From Deltaproteobacteria bacterium (GTDB taxonomy: Bacteria > Myxococcota_A > UBA9160 > SMWR01), in contig JAQBHB010000049.1 in the NCBI GenBank assembly GCA_032128115.1, positions 1-29,014 on the forward strand: a stretch of 29,014 nucleotides of DNA. Direction: 5' to 3'. Both the position numbers and the translations under genes were made by a program. Below the pieces are notes generated by a model, which saw only the letters and a program-made list of their open reading frames with translations, had not been told where the DNA came from and searched no databases. This document shows positions 18,093 to 27,852 of this stretch, piece after piece. Position 1 is the stretch's first letter; each line of letters starts with the position of its first letter.

Positions 18093-18177
18093 GGTCGAGG
18101 CCTCCACGTGCAACCGTGTCTTCATCCAGGGGGAATCGGGTTCTTCATCGGCCGGGCGCGGCCATCTCCTTAGCGCC

Positions 18178-18921
18178 TCATTCGAGGACCGGGTCCCCAC
18201 CCCCCGGGTCGGGGAGGGCCCCCTCCTCGCGCAGGCTGCAGAAGCCCCTGTCGGCCACCACCACGTGGTCCAGGACCCGGATGCCCAGGATCTCCCCGGC
18301 CCGGGCCAGGCGGGCAGTCACCTGTCGATCCTCGGGGCTGGGCGTGGGATCCCCGCTCGGGTGGTTGTGGACCAGGATCAGGGCCGCGGCGGCCTGCTGG
18401 AGGGCCGGGCGGAAGACCTCGCGCGGGTGCACCAGGCTGGCCGTGAGGGTCCCCTGGGAGACCATCTCCTGGCCCAGCAGTCGGTGGCGCCCGTTCAGGA
18501 GCAGCACCAGGAAGCGCTCGCAGCTGGCAAAGCGCAGGCTCGGGTGGAAGTGGCGGTAGACATCCTCGGGGCTGCGGATCGCGGCCCCGACGGGTAGGCG
18601 CCGTGCCGCCACGCGGCGGCCGATCTCGAGGGAGGCGCCCACCGCCGCGCTCTTGGCGGGGCCGACCCCGGTCGCCGTCTCGATCTCGCGTCCCCCCAGC
18701 CGAGCCAGCCCCGCGAGGCCCCCGTGCTGGTCCAGGAGCCCCGTGGCCAGGGCCAGGGCGTCGCCGCGACGGGTGCCCGTTCGCAGCAGCAGGGCCAGCA
18801 GCTCGGCATCGCTGAGCGCCTCGGGCCCCAGCTGGCGCAGGCGCTCACGCGGCCGATCCGGGACGGTCGCTGCGGTGGATTTCGGGGACGAAGCGCGAGA
18901 ACAGGCAGGGGGTCGCGGCAC
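18178..18921 (-). CDS. radC: RadC/UPF0758 family JAB-domain protein
   Basis: DRPRERL...GPEALSDAELLALLLRTG, GVGPAK, ERFLVLLLN, GTLTASLVHPREVF, VHNHPSGDPTPSPED, LLGIRVLDHVVV-type motif. GTG 18921 chosen from a GGAG SD; start uncertain. Confidence 0.92.
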   Translation of the reverse strand: MPRPPACSRASSPKSTAATVPDRPRERLRQLGPEALSDAELLALLLRTGTRRGDALALATGLLDQHGGLAGLARLGGREIETATGVGPAKSAAVGASLEIGRRVAARRLPVGAAIRSPEDVYRHFHPSLRFASCERFLVLLLNGRHRLLGQEMVSQGTLTASLVHPREVFRPALQQAAAALILVHNHPSGDPTPSPEDRQVTARLARAGEILGIRVLDHVVVADRGFCSLREEGALPDPGGGDPVLE

Positions 18922-18980
18922 GTTGGGCTCCGCGGGACCCGGGGCAGCGTGACTATAGCCCGAGCCCGGTGGGTATAGCC

Positions 18981-20231
18981 TCAGCCCCTCTTCGCGCGGC
19001 AGCTGTGCTCGCGCTTCTCGGCCGTGTCCAGGATTGCCTGGAAGCGCTTCGCGCCCACCTCTGGAGCCACCAGGCCGCGCAGGGTGGGCGTGCGATGGGC
19101 CGGCGACTCCAGTTCCGCCACGAAGCTTCGCAACAGCGCCAGGTAGCCGCGCACCTCCGAGGCCTGATTCCACGCGGCCGACAGCTCGATCGGAAGGGCC
19201 ACGCGATAACGCGTGCCGTCGTTGAGCACGACGCTGCCGTCCGGCGAGAGTTCGCCCAGGCGCTTCAGGGCGGCGCGAAGGTACGGATCCGTGAAGGAAC
19301 CGCGGGGCGCCAGGGCGCGAGCCAGCTCCGCCGGGTCGAGCTGCTCGCGCATCGAGGTGTCGAACCCCAGCGCACATCCCTCGACGTCGCGAGATCGCAG
19401 GCGCCCGAGTGCGGCCTTGGCCCGGCGCACGGCGTCGGCGCCCTGGTCCGAGGGCACCAGGTTCAGGGTGAAATCGTGGAGCGCCCGAATCGCGTCGTAG
19501 CCCTGGAGTGAGCGCACGTCCATTCCGTCCACGCTCCCCTCCCGCAGCGCCACCTGCACCACCAGATCCTCGCCCAGCTGGCGCGCCAACATGGATCCGA
19601 TCAATCCGTCCTCGACGCCCCTCACGGTCTCCTCGGCGTTTTGCGAGATCGCGGTCTCGGTGAGCACCACCGCGAAACCGTCGGCGTTGTCCTGGAGGCG
19701 GAACGTGAGCGCCTCCAGGGTCAGGAACGAGAGTGCAGCGCGGCCGGCGAAGTAGGTGTGGCGCACCGCCACCAGTGAATTCGGAAGTGGCTCGAGATCG
19801 ATCTGGATGCGCGACTCGCGCGAACGCACCCGCACCGACAGTTCCTTGTGGCGATAGCCGTCGGCCAGGACCCGGATCGTGACCGAGTCGCGCGGCCCCG
19901 CCTCGACCCGCGGCGGCAGCAGCACCCGGGCGGGCGAATCCCCCTGTTCGAAGCGCTTCTGGAAGCTGGCACGCACGTAGAAGAGGTCGAGGGTCGCAGT
20001 CGGCGGCGTGGTGTCGATATCGAGCACGCGCTCGCCGTACCAGAAGCTCGGCCCGCCGAGAAACAGGCTCGTGACCGGCGCGAACAGATTCGTGGCCGAC
20101 CAGCTGGCGCGCTCGTCGGGAACCAGGTCGATGAGGTCGCGCTCGTCCTCACCCGAGGCGGGCATCGAGAGCAGGATCACGGCCGGGATCAGCGAGAGCC
20201 GGGCAATGGCGCGGGGGATCGGAATCGACAC
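18981..20231 (-). CDS. Hypothetical exported protein (416 aa)
   Basis: Long ORF co-oriented with neighbours; signal-peptide-like N-terminus (LIPAVILLSMPASG); no family recognised. Confidence 0.7.
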   Translation of the reverse strand: MSIPIPRAIARLSLIPAVILLSMPASGEDERDLIDLVPDERASWSATNLFAPVTSLFLGGPSFWYGERVLDIDTTPPTATLDLFYVRASFQKRFEQGDSPARVLLPPRVEAGPRDSVTIRVLADGYRHKELSVRVRSRESRIQIDLEPLPNSLVAVRHTYFAGRAALSFLTLEALTFRLQDNADGFAVVLTETAISQNAEETVRGVEDGLIGSMLARQLGEDLVVQVALREGSVDGMDVRSLQGYDAIRALHDFTLNLVPSDQGADAVRRAKAALGRLRSRDVEGCALGFDTSMREQLDPAELARALAPRGSFTDPYLRAALKRLGELSPDGSVVLNDGTRYRVALPIELSAAWNQASEVRGYLALLRSFVAELESPAHRTPTLRGLVAPEVGAKRFQAILDTAEKREHSCRAKRG

Positions 20232-20303
20232 GCGCGCGAGAGTAACCGTGGCCCGCTCAAACCGACAATCCGGGGGATCGTCGGATTCGAGCCAATCGGG
20301 CGA

Positions 20304-21116
20304 TCAGCGCCTCGCCTGGGCCGACTGAGCCGATATGACCAGCTGGGCCCGTTTCTCGAATGCCTCGGACTGGCGCAGGTTCCCGGGCTGGTTGGCGAAT
20401 CGCAGCAGGTAGAAGGCTTCGAACGCCGCGTTGCGCTTGACGGCGTGGTTGGCCAGGCGCGCCAGGGTGCGCGAACGCTCGTCGGGCGACAGCGAATTCA
20501 ACTGCATCACGTAGGCCTGGGGGTTGAAGCGCAGGTGATTGAGTTCGTCGCCCAGCGAGGGCCAGGGGACCGGCATCGCGGACTCCGGAATCGACAACCC
20601 AGGGCCAAAAGCCGCCATGCGACGCACGGGGTTGTTCATCATCGGCTGCGCGGCCAGCGTCTGCACAGGCCCCCGGTAGCGAGGCACCGCCGGTCCCGCG
20701 TAGTCGGCGATCGTCGGAATCACGGGTAGCTTGGTGGCCTCGCGGGTTTCCGCGGGATCCCGACCGGGAAGCTGGATCCGGAGCGGCTCGAGGGTGGCGA
20801 AGACCAGGAGCCCCGCCACGCCGGCGGCCAGCGCCAGACCGGTTCCCGGATCCGCGAACCGGCTCAGGACGCGCCGAAGGCGGGGAGGCTCGGCCTCGCC
20901 GGCGCGGATCCGCGACATCACGGCGTCGGCCAGCAGCGGCGGCGGTTCCTGGTCGCGCAGGCCGTGCAACAACGCGACCGTGTCGCGCAATTCGGATAGA
21001 TCACGGTCACAGATCGCACAGCTCGCGACGTGCGCCTGCACCTGGTCGCGCTCGTCGGCTCGGAGATCGTCTTCCATGTAATCGCCTAACAGGCGGCGGG
21101 CTCGTAGATGATTCAC
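20304..21116 (-). CDS. Zinc-finger (zf-HC2/ZAS) transmembrane anti-sigma factor
   Basis: L..YMEDDL...ER..V.AHVASCAIC (HxxxCxxC), single TM segment (GLALAAGVAGLLVFA), immediately downstream of the ECF sigma. Confidence 0.88.
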   Translation of the reverse strand: MNHLRARRLLGDYMEDDLRADERDQVQAHVASCAICDRDLSELRDTVALLHGLRDQEPPPLLADAVMSRIRAGEAEPPRLRRVLSRFADPGTGLALAAGVAGLLVFATLEPLRIQLPGRDPAETREATKLPVIPTIADYAGPAVPRYRGPVQTLAAQPMMNNPVRRMAAFGPGLSIPESAMPVPWPSLGDELNHLRFNPQAYVMQLNSLSPDERSRTLARLANHAVKRNAAFEAFYLLRFANQPGNLRQSEAFEKRAQLVISAQSAQARR

Positions 21117-21120
21117 GTTC

Positions 21121-21888
21121 TCAGCCTCCCTTGCTTTCTTCGGATCCCTCGCCCCCGAGCGGCATGAGCCGATCTCTCAGGGCCTTGCGGGCCCGGTGGA
21201 TTCTGGATTTGACGGTGCCCTCGGGAATGCCGAGCACCCGGGCGATCTCGCCATAGGCGAGCCCCTCGATGTCGTACATCACCGCGGCAATTCGAAGGTC
21301 GCTCGGCAGGGCCAGCAGGGCGGCCTGCACGCGGACCTGCACTTCCGAGCCGGCGGCGGCGTCCTCGGGACTGCGCGGCGTCGACGGCAGATCGCTGCCT
21401 GCGGCCTGCTGTTCGGCCAACTGCTTCTGGCGAGCGCGGTTGCGCCCCAGGCTGCGACGGCGATTGAGCGCGGCGTTGGCCGCCACGCGATAGACGAACG
21501 TGGAAAAGCGGGCCTCGCGACGGAAGCGGTGGCCGTGACGGTGAAGGCTCAGGAAAGCCTCCTGCGTCACGTCCTCCGCTTCCTCCCGGCTTCCGAGCAT
21601 GCGCATCAGCAGCCGGAAGACGCGGCCTTCGTGGAGGCGGACCAGCTCCTCGAAGGCCTGTGCGTCTCCGGCCTGCCAGCGCGACACCAGCTCAGCGTCG
21701 GGATCGGGATGCTCGAACGGGCGCGCCCCCCGGCCCAGGGACCGGAGCCGGGTGGCTCGCCGTATCGGGTCACCCGCCGCGGGGGCGAGAGACTGCTCGA
21801 CCATCTCGTAGCTCACGGGCTTCCTCGAAGGCGTGGGACACCGGCTCTCCTCCTTTGGTTCCCCGGAGCCGTCCCGCTTCTCGGTCAC
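21121..21888 (-). CDS. ECF-family RNA polymerase sigma factor
   Basis: DAELV...[39 protein letters not shown], region 4 [34 protein letters not shown] overlaps the moaC stop. Confidence 0.94.
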   Translation of the reverse strand: MTEKRDGSGEPKEESRCPTPSRKPVSYEMVEQSLAPAAGDPIRRATRLRSLGRGARPFEHPDPDAELVSRWQAGDAQAFEELVRLHEGRVFRLLMRMLGSREEAEDVTQEAFLSLHRHGHRFRREARFSTFVYRVAANAALNRRRSLGRNRARQKQLAEQQAAGSDLPSTPRSPEDAAAGSEVQVRVQAALLALPSDLRIAAVMYDIEGLAYGEIARVLGIPEGTVKSRIHRARKALRDRLMPLGGEGSEESKGG

Positions 21889-22463
21889 CCGCTACTCCCC
21901 CCGGGATCTCCCGGGGAGCCTTCGTCCGGAACCCCGTCGGGCGGGGGCCCTCGCCGCCACTCGCCGCTCTTGCCGCCGCTCTTGCTCTCGAGACGCACGG
22001 CGTCGAGAGACATGCCGCGGTCGATGGCCTTGCACATGTCGTACAGGGTGAGCCCAGCGGCCGAGGCGGCGACCAGGGCCTCCATCTCGACTCCCGTGCG
22101 GGCATGGGCCTTTACCCGGGCCTCGATCGCCACCAACGACCTGGCCTCATCGGGCACCAGATCCACTTCCACGAGGTCCAGCGCCAGACCGTGGCAAAGC
22201 GGGATCCACTCGCCGGTGCGTTTGGCGGCCGCAATGCCCGCCAGGCGCGCCGTGGCGAAGACGTCGCCCTTGGGCGTGCGGCCCGAGACGATGCGCGCGA
22301 GGGTCGCAGGCGCCATGTGCACCTCGGCCCGGGCTACGCACACGCGCAGTGTCACCGGCTTCTCGCCCACGTCCACCATGCGAGCACGCCCGCGGGCGTC
22401 CAGGTGGGTGAGATCTCCCGAGCCCGGCTCCGAACCGGCGCGGGGACGCGAGGGTCGGCTCAC
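21885..22463 (-). CDS. moaC: Cyclic pyranopterin monophosphate synthase MoaC
   Basis: [73 protein letters not shown] 22463 overlaps the upstream stop (GTGA). Confidence 0.97.
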   Translation of the reverse strand: MSRPSRPRAGSEPGSGDLTHLDARGRARMVDVGEKPVTLRVCVARAEVHMAPATLARIVSGRTPKGDVFATARLAGIAAAKRTGEWIPLCHGLALDLVEVDLVPDEARSLVAIEARVKAHARTGVEMEALVAASAAGLTLYDMCKAIDRGMSLDAVRLESKSGGKSGEWRRGPPPDGVPDEGSPGDPGGSSG

Positions 22464-23374
22464 TGGATGGCCCGTCCGGCGACGACCGCCGGAGAGCCGG
22501 TGACCGCCGGTAACTCGGGCGACGCCGAGGCCTCCCGCTCGAGGATCCAGTCCAGGATCTCCTGGAAGACGGCTTCGCACTCCGGCTCGTGGAGTGTTTC
22601 GTGGAGCAGATCCGGGTAGATCTTCAGCCGGCTGCCCGGCACGAGCAGCGTCCGCGCGAAGCTCTCGCTGCCCTCGACCCGACAGATGGGATCCGCGCCC
22701 CCGTGGATTACCAGAATGGGAATGCCGACCCGCGATCCGGCCCCGACCGTGCGTTCGATTGCAGAGAGCATCTCGGCCGCCAGCGACGGGGTCAGGTTTC
22801 CGAATACCAGGGGATCTTCCAGGTAGCTGCGCACCACCTCCGGATCGCGCGACAGGCCGGTTGCGTCCAGGCCACTGGCCATGGAGAGCCGCGGCACCAC
22901 ATGGCGCAGGATCTTCGCGCCCAGGCGACGCAGGGCGGAGAGATCGTCGGGAAGGGCCAAAGCGGCACTCGTGAGGACGGCGCCAGCCAGCTTCGGCTGG
23001 CGTTCGACGGCATACGAGGCCACCACCAGCCCCCCCATGCTCTGGCCAAGCACGACAATGGGCAGGTCCTTGTGCCTCTCGCGCACCGCGTCGAGCCGCG
23101 CCCCCAGATCGTCGAGCAGATCCGCGAACCGGCGCACGTGCCCGCGGGTGCCACTGCTGCGTCCGTGGCCCTGGTGATCGTAGGCGTGGACGGCGCAGCC
23201 GCGCGCCGACATCCAGGCCGCCAGGCGCTCGTAGCGGCCGCTGTGCTCGCCGAAGCCGTGCACCACCTGCACGACCCGTTCCGGGTTCTCCGGCAGCCAG
23301 GCGCGAGTGAACAGCGAGCCGCCGGCGCTTCCCGCGACGTGGCCCTCGGTCCGCCGGATCCCGAGGGACGTCAC
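22460..23374 (-). CDS. Alpha/beta hydrolase, lysophospholipase/monoglyceride lipase family
   Basis: [22 protein letters not shown], nucleophile elbow [35 protein letters not shown]. Start uncertain (GTG 23374 or 23431). Confidence 0.92.
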   Translation of the reverse strand: MTSLGIRRTEGHVAGSAGGSLFTRAWLPENPERVVQVVHGFGEHSGRYERLAAWMSARGCAVHAYDHQGHGRSSGTRGHVRRFADLLDDLGARLDAVRERHKDLPIVVLGQSMGGLVVASYAVERQPKLAGAVLTSAALALPDDLSALRRLGAKILRHVVPRLSMASGLDATGLSRDPEVVRSYLEDPLVFGNLTPSLAAEMLSAIERTVGAGSRVGIPILVIHGGADPICRVEGSESFARTLLVPGSRLKIYPDLLHETLHEPECEAVFQEILDWILEREASASPELPAVTGSPAVVAGRAIQ

Positions 23375-23399
23375 CCGTGCGACCTGGGCGCGGGCGGCG

Positions 23400-23939
23400 T
23401 CAAGACTCCGCGAGGCGACGCACTGCGGCACGTGCCTCCTGCACCCGCTCGAAGTAGGACGCGTCGCGGATCCGGGAGCCCCAGAAGTAGGCCGAGATGC
23501 CGTCCCGTTCGCCGAGTCGCCGGATGTTGTCGGCCAGGATCAGACACCCCGCCTCCACGTTGCTCTCGATGGTGGTGAGATTGCCCGCCACGTCGTTGGA
23601 TTCGACCACGTGCGGCATCACCTGCATCAACCCGAGAGCGCCCTTCTGGCTCCGGGCCCAGGGGCGGGCGCTGCTCTCCACGAGCAACACCGCGGTGACC
23701 AGGACCGGGTCGATGGCGTACTTATCGCCGTAGCGGAGCACCGCATCGGCGATGCGACCGGTCTCGGCCGCCGACAGGGTGGGATTGACGCGATGCAGTA
23801 TCGATACGAGCTGTTCGGTGCCGAAATCAGCACTCGCGCCCTCGCCCGCTTCGGCCCGGATCGGCAACGACGGCATGCGCCCCGAGACGAGAAACGCCAG
23901 CAATAGTGTGAGAACGGCGAAGTGTCTGCGCTGCATCAA
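23400..23939 (-). CDS. Lytic transglycosylase (SLT domain) with N-terminal signal/anchor
   Basis: IDPVLVTAVLLVESS (catalytic Glu), S.KGALGLMQVMP, NVEAGC, SAYF.G. Confidence 0.9.
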   Translation of the reverse strand: MMQRRHFAVLTLLLAFLVSGRMPSLPIRAEAGEGASADFGTEQLVSILHRVNPTLSAAETGRIADAVLRYGDKYAIDPVLVTAVLLVESSARPWARSQKGALGLMQVMPHVVESNDVAGNLTTIESNVEAGCLILADNIRRLGERDGISAYFWGSRIRDASYFERVQEARAAVRRLAES

Positions 23940-24052
23940 GCTGCCCTCACCTGTTTTCCCACCTGCGCGCTATCCATCTGAGGAACCCGAGAGACCCGAG
24001 AGACCTGGAACCCCTGGGACCCCACGGGGAGTCAATCCGCGTGGGCATCGTC

Positions 24053-24082
24053 AGGATAGTGGACGAGCGCCCGCGCTTCCAA
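24053..24082 (-). promoter_or_regulatory. Putative sigma70 promoter for the SLT-hydrolase-moaC-ECF cluster
   Basis: Minus strand TTGGAA-N18-TATCCT. Confidence 0.4.
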
Positions 24083-24125
24083 GCCGCCGGAATTCGGACT
24101 CCGCCCCCGTCGGGCCGAAAGCCGT

Positions 24126-24155
24126 TTGACTGCCCGTTTTCGCAAGTGGTACGAT
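24126..24155 (+). promoter_or_regulatory. Putative sigma70 promoter for the histidine kinase
   Basis: TTGACT-N18-TACGAT with extended -10 TGn; implies translation starts downstream (24281 or 24296), not at 24041. Confidence 0.55.
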
Positions 24156-24280
24156 CCGACCCGGTTTCGGGAGTTGGGGGGCAGATCGCGGGATTCCCGG
24201 CTTTTTCTCGTGGCTTTCCGGGGGCCTTGCTCAGCGAATCCGTCGATACTCCGGACTCCCCAGACTCCCAAGACATCAGG

Positions 24281-25750
24281 ATGGTGCCGATTCGGATGAA
24301 CGCCCACGGGCTCGCCAATGTGCATCTCACCGACGGTGTCGTGGCGTCGAGATTTCTCGACAGCCTCACGAATCTACACCCGTTGGTCTGGGTTGCGGAC
24401 CGGGACGGTCACGTCCAATGGATGAGCGAAGCGCTTTCCGAGTGGTGCCAACACGAAGGACTCGCGCCGGAATCCGCCATCTGCGGCCAATTCCGCGCGC
24501 TGACGACCTCGGACCAGATCGAAGCCCTGCGCGAGAATCTGGTCTCGAATGGATTCATCGGCGAGGTCGCCATCGACCTTCGCAGCAGCGGCGGCGGAAT
24601 CCGGCTGCCGGTCGTGGCGAGCGTCCTGATGTTCTGCACCACGGACGCAAGCGTTCCCATGTTCGTCCTGGTGGGCCGGCCCGGAAACGAAAGCCGGGCG
24701 CCCGGCCCGGATGTCCTCGACCCGGTTCTGCAGAGCGTTCCCGACGCCATCCTCGTGCTCGACGAGCGCGGCGTCATCACCCAGGCGAATGCAGCGCTTT
24801 CGAAACTGCTGGGCTTCCAGGCGAGCGACCTGCGGCAACGCCCCTTCGCGGCGCTCGTCCGCAACGCCGTGGACCTGGAGAAGTTCGCGGCAAACCTCCC
24901 GAGCGGCGACCAGGTGTTGGATCACGACCTGGTCATGCGCACCGGCAGCGCCAGCACCCTTCGCGTGTCCGCCTCGGTAAGCGCGCTGCGCGGAGCCGAC
25001 AGGCTCGGCACCGTCGTGGTGCTTCGCGAAAAAACGGCTCGCCGCCAGGGCCATGCGGAGCTGGTCCGCAGGACCGAGGAATTGGAGCACTGCGTCCAGA
25101 CCCTGGCCCACGACCTTCGATCCCCGCTGGTGGCCCTGCTGGGATTTTCGAGGCTCCTGCGCCAGGACTACGGCGAACTGCTCGAAGAGACCGGCACCCA
25201 CTTCGTGGATCGCATCGAACAGGCCGGCCGCACCATGGAGCGCCTGATCCACGACGTGCTCGAACTCTCGCGCATCGGCCGCTCCGGCGAGCGACGCTCG
25301 CTGGTGGACCCGCGCATCGTGTTGCTCCAACTGAAAGCGGAGCTGAAGCCCCGCCTGGACGCCGCGTCGATCGACCTGGTTTTCCCCGAGAGCCCTCCCA
25401 TGGTCTACTGCGACCGCACGCGTCTCTACCAGGTCTTCTCGAACCTGATCGGGAACGCCATCGATCACATGGGGGCCTGTGAAGACCGCACGGTGTCGGT
25501 GGAAATCGTGGAGATGGACGATCATCACCGGCTCAGCGTCCGCGACCGGGGCCTGGGCATTCCCGCCGAGAGCCACGAACCGATCTTCGAGGCCTTCCGC
25601 TGCCTGGCTCCCCGCAAAGGCTCGCGCCGAGGCACGGGGATCGGTCTGGCGATCGTGAAGAAGATCGCCGAAACCCACGGCGGCCGCGCCTGGGTCGAGT
25701 CCGAGCCCGGCCAGGGCGCCATCTTCCACGTCACATTGTCCCGCGACTGA
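24281..25750 (+). CDS. Cytoplasmic PAS-domain sensor histidine kinase (orphan)
   Basis: PAS-like segments (VWVADRDGHVQWMS; PDAILVLDERGVITQANAA), H-box LAHDLRSPL, N-box QVFSNLIGNAI, G1 DRGLGIP, F-box IFEAF, G2 GTGIGLAIVKKI. No TM segment and no adjacent response regulator. Start uncertain. Confidence 0.9.
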   Translation: MVPIRMNAHGLANVHLTDGVVASRFLDSLTNLHPLVWVADRDGHVQWMSEALSEWCQHEGLAPESAICGQFRALTTSDQIEALRENLVSNGFIGEVAIDLRSSGGGIRLPVVASVLMFCTTDASVPMFVLVGRPGNESRAPGPDVLDPVLQSVPDAILVLDERGVITQANAALSKLLGFQASDLRQRPFAALVRNAVDLEKFAANLPSGDQVLDHDLVMRTGSASTLRVSASVSALRGADRLGTVVVLREKTARRQGHAELVRRTEELEHCVQTLAHDLRSPLVALLGFSRLLRQDYGELLEETGTHFVDRIEQAGRTMERLIHDVLELSRIGRSGERRSLVDPRIVLLQLKAELKPRLDAASIDLVFPESPPMVYCDRTRLYQVFSNLIGNAIDHMGACEDRTVSVEIVEMDDHHRLSVRDRGLGIPAESHEPIFEAFRCLAPRKGSRRGTGIGLAIVKKIAETHGGRAWVESEPGQGAIFHVTLSRD

Positions 25751-25784
25751 CTCCGTCGACTCCGGCGCGTTCTCTCAACCGCGC

Positions 25785-25813
25785 TTGCCGAGCCGATAGG
25801 GGTCCCGTAGCCT
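25785..25813 (+). promoter_or_regulatory. Putative sigma70 promoter for lgt
   Basis: TTGCCG-N17-TAGCCT, 15 nt before the ATG; no SD visible. Confidence 0.5.
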
Positions 25814-25828
25814 GACCCCACCCGACAC

Positions 25829-26578
25829 ATGCACCCCGAACTCTTCCGCATCGGAAATTTCGTCGTCAGTACGTTCGGCGTGATGCTGGCTGCCGCCTTC
25901 CTGGTGGGCACCTGGATCACGTCGAAGCGCATGCAGGAGGAGGGGCTCGATCCCGAGCTCGCCTCGGTGCTGCTGATCTGGGTGATGCTGGGCGGCATCG
26001 TCGGATCCAAGCTCTACTTTGCATTGGACGTCTCGATCCGCGAACAGCAGCCCTTCTGGTCGCTGCTCCTGTCACGAGACGGGATCACCTGGTACGGCGG
26101 GCTGATCCTCGCGACCCTGGTGGGAGCCGTCGGCTGTCATCGCAACGGCATCCCCATCAAGACCTTCGCCGACTGCACGGCCGTGGCCGGTGCCGTGGGC
26201 CAGGCGATCGGAAGAGTGGGTTGCTTCCTGGTGGGCGACGACTACGGAAGGCCCACCGATGTCGCCTGGGGCCTCGCGTTTCCCGAGGGCGCGCCGGCGA
26301 CGTTCGTGCCGGTACACCCGACCCAGCTCTACGAGATCGCGTGGCTTCTCCCGGTGGCGGGCTTCCTGTGGTGGCGGCGCAAGCAGAGCCCGTTCCTGTT
26401 CGGAGAGTACATCGCCCTCAACGGGGTCGGACGTCTGTTCATCGAGAACTGGCGCGTGAACGAACGCGTGGCCCTGGGCCTGACCGAGCCGCAATGGATC
26501 GGCCTGGGACTCATCGTGCTCGGGATGTCGGGTTGGGTCTACTACCAGAACCAGCAGCGCCGGGAATCCAGCGCCTAG
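25829..26578 (+). CDS. lgt: Prolipoprotein diacylglyceryl transferase
   Basis: MHPELFRIG, G.TWYGG, GQAIGRVGCFLVGDDYG.PTDVAWG..FP, VHPTQLYE, RLFIE.WR; multi-TM. Confidence 0.95.
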   Translation: MHPELFRIGNFVVSTFGVMLAAAFLVGTWITSKRMQEEGLDPELASVLLIWVMLGGIVGSKLYFALDVSIREQQPFWSLLLSRDGITWYGGLILATLVGAVGCHRNGIPIKTFADCTAVAGAVGQAIGRVGCFLVGDDYGRPTDVAWGLAFPEGAPATFVPVHPTQLYEIAWLLPVAGFLWWRRKQSPFLFGEYIALNGVGRLFIENWRVNERVALGLTEPQWIGLGLIVLGMSGWVYYQNQQRRESSA

Positions 26579-27531
26579 AGTTCGGGGGACGAGCCCGCGT
26601 CGCGCCGGCCGGCGAGCTTCTCCAGCAACAAGGTCGCGTCGGCTACTACGCGCTGCTTGTCGCCGCCCACTGCCAGCTGTCCGATCTTCGAGATCGCCGC
26701 GTGGGCAAGCCCGGCCAGTTTTGCCTCGTCTTCCGAAGCCGACTCGATCCAGCGACCCAGCCACGCAACGCTCACGCCGTAGTCGCCGGCCAGGTACGCG
26801 CCCATTCCGTATGCGTAGGCCGAGAGTCGCTCGAGATCTTCCTGTTCACTGCCCCGGGCCCGGGCCTCGGCGAATGCCTGCTCGGCTTCCAGGTAGTAGC
26901 CACTCACCAGGTAGGAACGGGCCGCCGTGGCATAGGCAGAGCCCGCGTCATCGTGGATGTCGGCCAGGATCTCGTCGAGGGATCCGCCGAAGACCTCCTC
27001 GACGACCTCTGCGTTCTCCAGCAGGTAGCGGGTCACGTGTCCGTTCTCGCGATGCCCCCCCAGCAGGACGCGCAGCTGCTCGCGGGTGTGGGACAGCAGC
27101 GCCTCGGTTTCCTGCAGGGTCTCTTCGAGCCGCAGGGACACGGCGCCCAGGATCTTCTCGAAATCCTCGAACAACGGGTCCGCGTCCTCGCCGGCCGCAG
27201 ACCGCAGCTCCCGCACCCGCGGGCCGTAGACCTCGCGTTGGTAGAAGCTCTCGCGAAATTTCATGGCCTCGTGGAAGAGTGATCCCACCGCCAGGTCGAA
27301 CAGGGCCTCGCGCCGCACGTCCATGCCTGGACTCGGAGCCTGCCGGAAGAGCGCGTGGCAGCGCTCCTTGAGCCGGTACAGCACGCTCCCCTCGTCGTCG
27401 CCCACCAGATTCGCCAGCTCCTCGAAGCGAAGTTCCTCGCACCGGTAGCGCTCCAGCAGCCGGCGAACGAGCTGGTGGACCGCCAGGAAGTCGCGAACGA
27501 TCCCGACGAGGCCCGTGGGTAGACTTCGCAT
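26575..27531 (-). CDS. Hypothetical all-helical protein with TPR-like C-terminus (318 aa)
   Basis: C-terminal part of the 794-aa track ORF, starting at ATG 27531 (MRSLPTGLV). Protein-like composition (LYRLKERCHALFR, LFDLAVGSLFHEAMKFRESFYQ); TPR-like AARSYLVSGYYLEAEQAFAEA. Confidence 0.75.
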   Translation of the reverse strand: MRSLPTGLVGIVRDFLAVHQLVRRLLERYRCEELRFEELANLVGDDEGSVLYRLKERCHALFRQAPSPGMDVRREALFDLAVGSLFHEAMKFRESFYQREVYGPRVRELRSAAGEDADPLFEDFEKILGAVSLRLEETLQETEALLSHTREQLRVLLGGHRENGHVTRYLLENAEVVEEVFGGSLDEILADIHDDAGSAYATAARSYLVSGYYLEAEQAFAEARARGSEQEDLERLSAYAYGMGAYLAGDYGVSVAWLGRWIESASEDEAKLAGLAHAAISKIGQLAVGGDKQRVVADATLLLEKLAGRRDAGSSPEL

Positions 27532-27586
27532 CTGGCGAGTATAGGCGAGCCGCTCCCGCCAACGCGCGTGCTGCACTGCCGCGCCC

Positions 27587-27748
27587 ATGAGCTCCCGCCC
27601 GGCGCCCGAGGCACCGGAACGAACGAGCTCGCGTTCGAGCCTGTTCGTCGTCTTCACGACGATCCTGATCGACTTCATCGGCTTCAGCGTCCTGATCCCC
27701 GTACTCCCCCTGTACGCCGAGAAGCTGGGCGCCACCCCGGTGCAGGTA
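27587..27748 (+). pseudogene. Truncated MFS (TetA/DHA1-like) transporter fragment
   Basis: SLFVVFTTILIDFIGFSVLIPVLPLYAEKLGATPVQV is a typical DHA1 TM1+loop. Similarity stops abruptly and the frame ends at 27856. Confidence 0.75.
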
Positions 27749-27852
27749 GAGGGTCTGTCGTGGGTCCATTCCCGCTGGGCGGGACCGGTCCAATTCCGGC
27801 GGCGGCGCCGGGTCGCGTCCCCTAATCTGACGGGGTACCCGAGGAGGAGAAG

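Noticed and set aside
18178..18921. JAB-domain protein as a deconjugase for the Pup system
   Set aside because: It has the standard RadC architecture (N-terminal RPRERL/HhH + HNHPSG), is widespread in bacteria, lies over 5 kb from the operon, and Dop already provides depupylation.
24041..24280. Histidine kinase N-terminus beginning at GTG 24041
   Set aside because: The region holds divergent promoter candidates and low-complexity repeats; a start at 24281 or 24296 is more plausible.
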